DNA of 64,000 nucleotides from Candidatus Limnocylindrales bacterium (GTDB lineage Bacteria > Desulfobacterota > Binatia > UBA1149 > CAITLU01). This document shows positions 57,941 to 64,000 of this stretch, piece after piece. The stretch's first letter is position 1, and each line of letters begins with the position of its first letter. The DNA lies in the NCBI GenBank assembly GCA_035626395.1, contig DASPNR010000002.1, forward strand, positions 469,019 to 533,018, in the 5' to 3' direction. The translations under genes and the position numbers were made by a program. A model generated the notes under the pieces. The model did no database searches, was not told where the DNA came from, and saw only the letters and a program-made list of their open reading frames with translations.

Positions 57941-57994
57941 GACGGCCCGACGTATAGCACGCCGGGCCGTCGTTTCCGAAGGAGGCTTCGGTGG

Positions 57995-60193
57995 TTAGAG
58001 CGGAACCTTGATGGTCTGCCCGACTTTGACCTTGGAGGGATCGCTGATGCGGTTGATCTTCTTGATCGTGTCGACCGAGGTGCCGTACTGCCGTGCGATC
58101 GCCGACAGCGTCTGCCCCGGCTTGACCTTGTGCATGCCGTAATCGGCCGCCTTGGCTGCGGCCTTCGATGCCGTCGAGGTCGCGCTGCCGGTCGGCAGCT
58201 TGATCGTGCTGCCGACCTTGAGGTTGTCGGTGCCGGGGTTGAGACGCCTGAGCGTCTCCACCGAGGTGTCGTTGGCCTTGGCCACGCTCCAGAGAGTGTC
58301 GCCGCTCTTGACCTTGTAGCTGCCGGTGGCCGGCGCCGACGAGGCGATCTGCGTGGCGCTCGCCTTCACCTTCAGCTCCTGGCCCTGGCGGACCCTGGCG
58401 GCACTCTTGATGCCGTTGATGCGCATCAGCTCGGGCACCGTCGTCTTGTACATCGCCGCGATCTGCGTGAGCGTCTGACCGCGACCGACCTTGTGCGTGG
58501 TCGTCAGCACCGCATCCTCGTCTGCGCTCTTCTTGGCGGCCGTTTCGACCGGTCGGGGCTCGGTGGCCTCGTCGCTGCTCTTGGCGACGACGGCCGCCGG
58601 CATCGCGGCAACAGCCGTCTTGGCAGCCAGAACCGTTGCCGATGCAGCACCTGCGGGCTCGGCCGCGGAGGGCTTGGCCGGCGCGCTCGCCGCCGCCGGG
58701 ACCGCAGCAGCAGCGGCTGCCGCAGCCTTGGCGTCTTCGACGTCCTTGGCCGCGGCCTTGGCGGCCTCGACCGCTTGGCTGGTCTTGCTCGACGAAGCCA
58801 CCACCGCCGGCTCGACCTCGATGACCTTGGGCCCGCCCGGAATCTTCAGCGTCTGCCCGACCTTGACCGACTTGCTGCTCTTGAGCCCGTTGAGCTTCTG
58901 CAGCGAGGACACCGAGGTGCCGTAGCGGCTGGCGATCTGCGAGAGTGTCTGGCCGCGCGAAACCTTGTGCGTGCGGGTGCCCGAGGACGCGACCATCGTC
59001 GGGGCCGTGCTGCGATCCAGGCGCGCGTACGCGACGGCGAAGTCATTGCGCGCGCCGCGCGGCAGATTCAGCCGATAGCCCTTGGGCACGCGCGCACCGC
59101 CCTTGACGACGCGGTCGCCGAGCGCCGGGTTCATCGCTGCCAGATCCTCGACCGACACGCCGGCCGCCCGCGCCAGGTCCTTCAGCGACGTGTGCGCGTC
59201 GATGACGAAATCGTCGGGCATGTAGGTGTCGACGGCGATGACGCCGCAGATCTCCGGCGCGCGCTCGAGCGAGTCGTGGGCAGCGAGGAACTCGGCGTAG
59301 AAGTTGCGCGAGGCAAAGCCGAAGGTCTTGCCCTTGTAGTGACGGGCGATGACGCCGAAGTGCGTCGTCCCCATCGTCTTGACCGCATTGGCCACGCCGC
59401 CGAGGCCATGGTTGTAGGAGGTGATGGCCAGCGGCCAGGAACCCAGGGCGTCATAGCTCTTGCGCAGGTAGCGCGCAGCGCCTTCGGTGGCGCGGACCGG
59501 GTCGCGACGATCGTCGTAGAGGTCGTTGACCTCCATGTAGAGGCGGCCGGTGCTGGGCATGAACTGCCAGATGCCGGCGGCGCCGACGCTGGAGCGGGCG
59601 CCGATCTGGTAGCCGGACTCCACCAACGGCAGCGCGACGAGCTCTTCGGGCACGCCCTGGCTGCGCAGGATGGACTTCATCATCGGCATGTAGGCGGCGG
59701 CGCGCTTGTAGGCGTCGCAGAACTTGTCGCCGAGGCCGCGCTGGGAGCGGATCTGAGAGGCCAGCGTCTTGGCGTAGACCGGCTCGTGCCCGATCTTGGC
59801 GATGGCCTTGACGATGTTCTTTTCTTCCTCGGTGCGGGCGTGGCCCTCGCCGATCCGGTTGAGCATCGCTTCGATGCGCTCACCCTCGGCCTTGCGGCGG
59901 GCCGTGATGGCGGCATCCTGCTGGGGATATGGCAGGCGCGTGACGATGTCTTCGACCGACAGGACCGAGTACACCAGGTCCAGGTGCTCGACGTCGTGGA
60001 AGGCGATCTGCTTGCTCGTCCACTTCGTGAAGACGTTGCGCCAGAAGGCGACGTTGGATTCCAGCTCCTTGTATCTCGGGAAGTGCGAGCTGCCGGGAGT
60101 CGACCCCGGAGCCGCCGTCGCTGGAGCGATCGAACAAACCGACAAAGCCACCGCCGCCGCCGCAGCCGCCACTGCCCCACCAAATTTCCGCAT
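57995..60193 (-). CDS. mltD: Membrane-bound lytic murein transglycosylase D-like (SLT domain plus four LysM repeats).
   Basis: The signal peptide is followed by an SLT catalytic motif (LVESGYQIGARSSVGAAGIWQFMPSTG). There are four LysM-like modules (e.g. HKVSRGQTLSQIASRYGTSVSSLQKLN), separated by Ala/Pro/Lys-rich linkers. Confidence 0.85.
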   Translation of the reverse strand: MRKFGGAVAAAAAAVALSVCSIAPATAAPGSTPGSSHFPRYKELESNVAFWRNVFTKWTSKQIAFHDVEHLDLVYSVLSVEDIVTRLPYPQQDAAITARRKAEGERIEAMLNRIGEGHARTEEEKNIVKAIAKIGHEPVYAKTLASQIRSQRGLGDKFCDAYKRAAAYMPMMKSILRSQGVPEELVALPLVESGYQIGARSSVGAAGIWQFMPSTGRLYMEVNDLYDDRRDPVRATEGAARYLRKSYDALGSWPLAITSYNHGLGGVANAVKTMGTTHFGVIARHYKGKTFGFASRNFYAEFLAAHDSLERAPEICGVIAVDTYMPDDFVIDAHTSLKDLARAAGVSVEDLAAMNPALGDRVVKGGARVPKGYRLNLPRGARNDFAVAYARLDRSTAPTMVASSGTRTHKVSRGQTLSQIASRYGTSVSSLQKLNGLKSSKSVKVGQTLKIPGGPKVIEVEPAVVASSSKTSQAVEAAKAAAKDVEDAKAAAAAAAAVPAAASAPAKPSAAEPAGAASATVLAAKTAVAAMPAAVVAKSSDEATEPRPVETAAKKSADEDAVLTTTHKVGRGQTLTQIAAMYKTTVPELMRINGIKSAARVRQGQELKVKASATQIASSAPATGSYKVKSGDTLWSVAKANDTSVETLRRLNPGTDNLKVGSTIKLPTGSATSTASKAAAKAADYGMHKVKPGQTLSAIARQYGTSVDTIKKINRISDPSKVKVGQTIKVPL

Positions 60194-60214
60194 TCCGAAG
60201 GACCTCCTGAAGGC

Positions 60215-61808
60215 GATAGGCGGTCATGGTACCAAACCGACCACCGGCCTTCTAATCAAAAAGGCTCATTTTCCTGCCCATTTACTCACCACCGGTGCGT
60301 TACTCGCCGTATTTTCCGCATCCTCCTGCCGCACTGCCCCAAGCTTGGTGGGCGATGTGTTTCAAATCGGGATCGAGTCGGCACCAGGAAACCTCGATCC
60401 GCGCATGGCCACCGACGCCAACGCCTCCCGGATCGCCGGACTCGTCTTCTGCTCCCTCGTCGAAGCCGATGAGAGCGGCGGCTATCGGCCTTCCTTGGCG
60501 GAGTCATGGTCGCGCCTGGACGATCAGACCTATGAGTTTCGGCTCCGCGCTGGGGCGTTTTTCCACGACGGCACGCCGGTAACCGCCGACGACGTCGTGG
60601 CTACGTATCGATCGGTGCTCGACGGCGCGGTGGCCTCGCCGAAACGGGCGGCGATGTCTTCGATCGGAACGGTCGAAAGCGATGGCATCGATGTGGTGCG
60701 GATGCGTCTGACGCAGCGCTCCGCGGCGGTGCTCGAGGCGGCCGGGCTCGGCATCCTGCCTCGAGCGCTGGCCGGCCGTTCAAATTTGAACGCGCGCGAG
60801 CTCGTTGGCTGCGGTCCCTATCGCATCCTCGCCGTCGATGAAGATCAGGGCGTCCAGCTCGAAGCCTTCCCGGGCTGGTACGGCGGCACGCCCGCTCTCG
60901 CCTCGCTTCGATTCCGCGTGGTGCCCGATTCCATCATGCGCGTCCTGGAGCTGCGCTACGGCAGCCTTCACCTGGTGCAGAACGCGCTGGAGCCGGACGC
61001 GGTGGCGTATCTTGCCGAGCACGAGCCCTCGCTGCGCGTGCTGCTCGGCCCGTACGACGCCGTGCAGTATCTGAGTTTTCGACACGACCACCCGGCCCTG
61101 CGCGACCTGCGCGTGCGGCGGGCGATCGCGCATGCCGTCGATGGCAAGGCCATCGTCACGCACGTGCTGCGAGGACAGGCCCGCGTGGCCACAGGGCTGC
61201 TGCCGCCGCATCACTGGGCGTTCCATGGCAACGTCCGCACCTACGATCACGATCCGTCTCTGGCGCGCGCGCTTCTCGACAGCGCAGGGATTCGGGACGC
61301 CGACGGTGATGGTCCGCAGCCGCGCCTTCGCCTGCGCTACCGTACGAGCACCGTCGAGCTTCGCCGCCGGATCGGCGAGGTGCTGGCGGCGCAGCTCGCC
61401 GAGGTCGGCATCGAGCTGGAGGTGCAGAGTCATGAATGGGGAACGTTCTTCGAGGACGTTCGCCGGGGCGATTTCGACCTGCACTCGCTGGCGTGGATCG
61501 GCATCCGCGATCCCGACCTGTTCCGCCTAGCGTTCCATTCGAAGATGACGCCGCCTGCGGGCAGCAATCGCGGCCGCTTCGCCGACCGCGTCGTCGACAG
61601 GCTCAGCGAGCGCGGCCAGAGCACGCTCGACCCTGCTCGACGGAGGCGCATCTACGCGCGTCTGCAAAGGCGCACGGCGCGCCTGCTGCCGTACGTGATG
61701 CTCTGGTGGCCGAACAACGTCGTGGTCGCGTCGGCGCGCCTCGACGGATTCACGCCGCATCCGACGGGCGATCTCACCGGTCTGGCGCGGGCGCGGATGC
61801 GGCCATGA
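60215..61808 (+). CDS. ABC transporter substrate-binding protein, family 5 (peptide/nickel type), probable lipoprotein. The start codon is unclear.
   Basis: Family-5 SBP similarity runs throughout (FHDGTPVTADDVV, GCGPYRI, LVQNALEPD). There is a signal/lipobox-like LLAVFSASSC. No in-frame ATG, GTG or TTG lies just upstream of the signal peptide, so a non-canonical start or a short upstream frameshift is possible. Confidence 0.7.
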
Positions 61809-61844
61809 TGGCCTGGCTCACCGGCCGTGCAGCGCGCAGCTGGC

Positions 61845-63566
61845 TCACTCGCTCTGGCAGTCCGCGCTGCAGCCGTCGCCGTCCTCGACGTTGCCGTCGT
61901 CGCACGTTTCGTACTGGTCGATCTCGGAGTTGCCGCAGACCGGACATCCGCTGAGCGAGGCGTCAACCGACACTTGCGCCGCCGGCATCACTTGCCCGAG
62001 CAGAACCGGAGGCTTGGCGGCGTCGCGGTGGACGATGCGGGTTGAGCTTTCGGCCTTGTTGAGAATCTTCGTCTCCGGTCCAGCGTACATGCTCTCACCG
62101 ATGTAGAAGTTCGTGTAGCCCTTGTCCTCGTACTGCTGCCCGAACCGGCCGTCGAGCGTCGCCCGCTCCTGCAGGCGCACACGGCACGCATCGAGCTCGA
62201 TCTGACCTCCATACTCGGTCCCGCCCGTGACGAGGTCACCAGTGACGATGACGTTTTCTGCATCGATGCGCAGCAGGCCGCCGTTGCCGCTCGGGTATCC
62301 GTAAGATCGCCCGATGCCGCGCGCGTCGAGCCTGCCGTCGATGGTGACGTTGCGCCCGTACAGCGCAATCGGGCCCGCTACGCTCGCGGAGGTGGTGGTC
62401 ATCAGCCCTCCTTCCGCGATGCGGATGTCTCCGTCGGCGTAGACCGGAATGCGCAGGCCGTAGCCTCCCGAGCCGATGCCGCGGCTGGTGACGATGCCGT
62501 GGATGTCGACGTCGCCGCCGGCCTCGAAGTACCAGTTGGCGGAGAACGGAAGATCGTCGGTGTTGCCGCGGCTCGGGCCGCTGTCGCCGAGCAGCGCCAC
62601 CTTGGGCCCCAGCACCAGGTCGCGGCCGGAGAAAAGGAAGCCGTAGCCGCCCGGCCCTGCATAGGTTCCTCCGTAGTATCGGCTGCGCTCACTTCCGCCG
62701 GTGATGTTCAGACGGGTGCCGCCCGCTCCCGGCGCATCGATGATGAGGAGGTCGCGGCCGGCGGTAAGCTCGAGCGTCCCGCCGATCCAGTCCTCATTCT
62801 TCGGCCCCTGAGCGAAGATGGCAGCGCCGATGGCGACGTCCTGCCCAGATTCGATGTCGATCTCGGCGGCTCCGCCCACGGCGCGGACGCGATTGCGAAG
62901 GGTGATGTTGCCCGGCGCGCGCAGCACCAGGCTGCCGCTCAGGCCGGTCCCGCCGTAGTCGTCGTTGCGGCCCGCACTGATGTCGATGGGCCCGGCCACG
63001 TCGATGACGCCCATTCCGGACACGACCTCCACGGCGCCGCCGTAGCCTTCGGGCGCAATGCCCCTGGCACGAATGCTCCCCTCCAGGAGCACGTCTCCCG
63101 CCGCGCGCAGCATGATGCTGGGTGAAGCGCCAGAAAGGCGCCCAGACAGGAAGATGTTGCCGCTTCCCTGCGTGCACGTTCCCTGGCTCGCGGCGGCGCA
63201 GGAAGCGTCGTCCAGACACGGTGTCGAGGGCGAGAGCGAGCATCCGCGGCGAGCGGCGATGGCGACGCTGCCGGTACCGTCGGCCGGCCGCACCACCATC
63301 CACTGATCGCTCGGGTCCACCACGCTCTCGAAGGTGCCGCAGGCAAGTTCGAGGCTACCGACGAAACCGCCGGTGCCGCTCACTCGCACGGTGCGCAATC
63401 CGAAATCCAGTGGAGCGCTCGTGTCCACCTCGTACGTGCCGGTCACCAGGCACGGATCGGCGCTCGCTGGACAGATCTCCTCGGGCGATGTCACCACGGC
63501 CGCGTACGCGGCAACGACCCCAGCCAGTTGCGTGCAGATCGCCAGAAACATCGACCATGTGATCAT
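61845..63566 (-). CDS. Secreted Gly-rich repeat (beta-helix-like) protein ending in a Myxococcales-type cysteine-rich repeat.
   Basis: The start is the Met of MITWSMFLAICTQLAGVVAAYA (signal). The body has Gly-rich repeats. The C-terminal CPVCGNSEIDQYETCDDGNVEDGDGCSADC matches the Myxococcus cysteine-rich repeat pattern (CGNG...E.CDDGN...GDGCS..C). Its ATG overlaps the upstream gene's stop as ATGA. Confidence 0.6.
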   Translation of the reverse strand: MITWSMFLAICTQLAGVVAAYAAVVTSPEEICPASADPCLVTGTYEVDTSAPLDFGLRTVRVSGTGGFVGSLELACGTFESVVDPSDQWMVVRPADGTGSVAIAARRGCSLSPSTPCLDDASCAAASQGTCTQGSGNIFLSGRLSGASPSIMLRAAGDVLLEGSIRARGIAPEGYGGAVEVVSGMGVIDVAGPIDISAGRNDDYGGTGLSGSLVLRAPGNITLRNRVRAVGGAAEIDIESGQDVAIGAAIFAQGPKNEDWIGGTLELTAGRDLLIIDAPGAGGTRLNITGGSERSRYYGGTYAGPGGYGFLFSGRDLVLGPKVALLGDSGPSRGNTDDLPFSANWYFEAGGDVDIHGIVTSRGIGSGGYGLRIPVYADGDIRIAEGGLMTTTSASVAGPIALYGRNVTIDGRLDARGIGRSYGYPSGNGGLLRIDAENVIVTGDLVTGGTEYGGQIELDACRVRLQERATLDGRFGQQYEDKGYTNFYIGESMYAGPETKILNKAESSTRIVHRDAAKPPVLLGQVMPAAQVSVDASLSGCPVCGNSEIDQYETCDDGNVEDGDGCSADCQSE

Positions 63567-64000
63567 CGAGGAACCTCTCGGGGCGACATGCGTATACGGT
63601 CGGAGCCGTCGACTCGGGCCGCGTGCGTGCACGAGCCGCGCACCAATACGCCGTCGCGGCCGTTGTCGCGGGCCGATGCGGCAGCCAGATCGTTGTCGGC
63701 ACCATCGACGATGATGCCGCTGCGCGCATTTCGCACAGCAATCGCGTCCACCGCCATGCCGCGCGTGAACAGGCGAATTCCGTTCTGTCCGTTCTCTTCG
63801 CTGCGCACGCCGACCAGGCGCCCACCGGTGCCTCGCAGGTACAGGCCATCACCGCGATTGTGTCTGGCCACCACGTCCTCGAGCAGAGTTCCGGCAATGC
63901 GGAGCCTTGCACCTTCGAACCGATTGTCGCGTAGCTCGAGGCGGCTGACGCGCGCAACGCGGTTGCCCGCGTCGGCGCGCAGGCCGGTGCCAAAGCCTGC
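63563..64000 (-). CDS. Partial CDS (C-terminal part; the start lies beyond the window): a protein containing right-handed parallel beta-helix repeats.
   Basis: The minus-strand frame is open from nt 64000 to the stop at 63563. Repeats such as LELRDNRFEGARLRIAG, GLYLRGTGGRLVGVRSEENGQNGIRLF and GIIVDGADNDLAAASARDNGRDGVLV are typical of parallel beta-helix repeats. Confidence 0.5.
   Translation of the reverse strand, partial: AGFGTGLRADAGNRVARVSRLELRDNRFEGARLRIAGTLLEDVVARHNRGDGLYLRGTGGRLVGVRSEENGQNGIRLFTRGMAVDAIAVRNARSGIIVDGADNDLAAASARDNGRDGVLVRGSCTHAARVDGSDRIRMSPREVPR

Noticed and set aside
57458-60472. 1004-aa plus-strand ORF
   Set aside because: It is antisense to sirC and mltD, with a Gly/Arg/Asp-rich low-complexity composition.

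Overview
This is a very high-GC (about 70%) bacterial chromosomal segment with dense gene packing and many start/stop overlaps of the ATGA, GTGA and CTGA type. A C-terminal Myxococcales-type cysteine-rich repeat, GldFG-like ABC genes and FecR-CHASE2 modules suggest Myxococcota or a related deltaproteobacterial lineage. Because of the GC content there are many long spurious antisense ORFs. I called genes only where protein-family signatures were recognisable.

Gene order: a partial upstream CDS, then gspM and gspN-like type II secretion genes. Then come three Sec-signal proteins of unknown function: two paralogs flanking a Cys/Asp/Trp-rich acidic protein. Convergent to these is a minus-strand array of yebC, ruvC, ruvA, ruvB, an NtrY-like histidine kinase and a receiver domain fused to LpxC. 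Further along are rlpA, cutA, rplU, rpmA, obg, proB, proA, nadD and rsfS, then a LapA/TPR protein, two tandem ArsA-like ATPases, an alkaline-phosphatase-family protein, bamD and a tyrosine phosphatase. A SAM-I riboswitch with an intrinsic terminator precedes a thiF/moeB-like, cysO-like, cysM locus. After that are an ECF sigma/anti-sigma operon, polA, a GldA/F/G-like ABC system with a DUF4340 protein, and a CHASE2 adenylate cyclase with OmpA and FecR partners next to a glutaminase carrying a cNMP-binding domain. The window continues with a His-rich outer-membrane protein, a nitroreductase, agcS, hisC, a BepA-like M48/TPR protease, a tetrapyrrole cluster (hemB, fused cobA/hemD, hemC, hemA, ccsA/hemX-like, sirC), mltD, a peptide-type ABC substrate-binding protein and two beta-helix secreted proteins.

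The most unusual items are the translationally coupled sensor kinase plus REC-LpxC fusion, which puts lipid A committed-step chemistry on a phospho-receiver, and the T2SS-adjacent secreted-protein triad with no recognisable family. No tRNA, rRNA, CRISPR or clear mobile element was seen.
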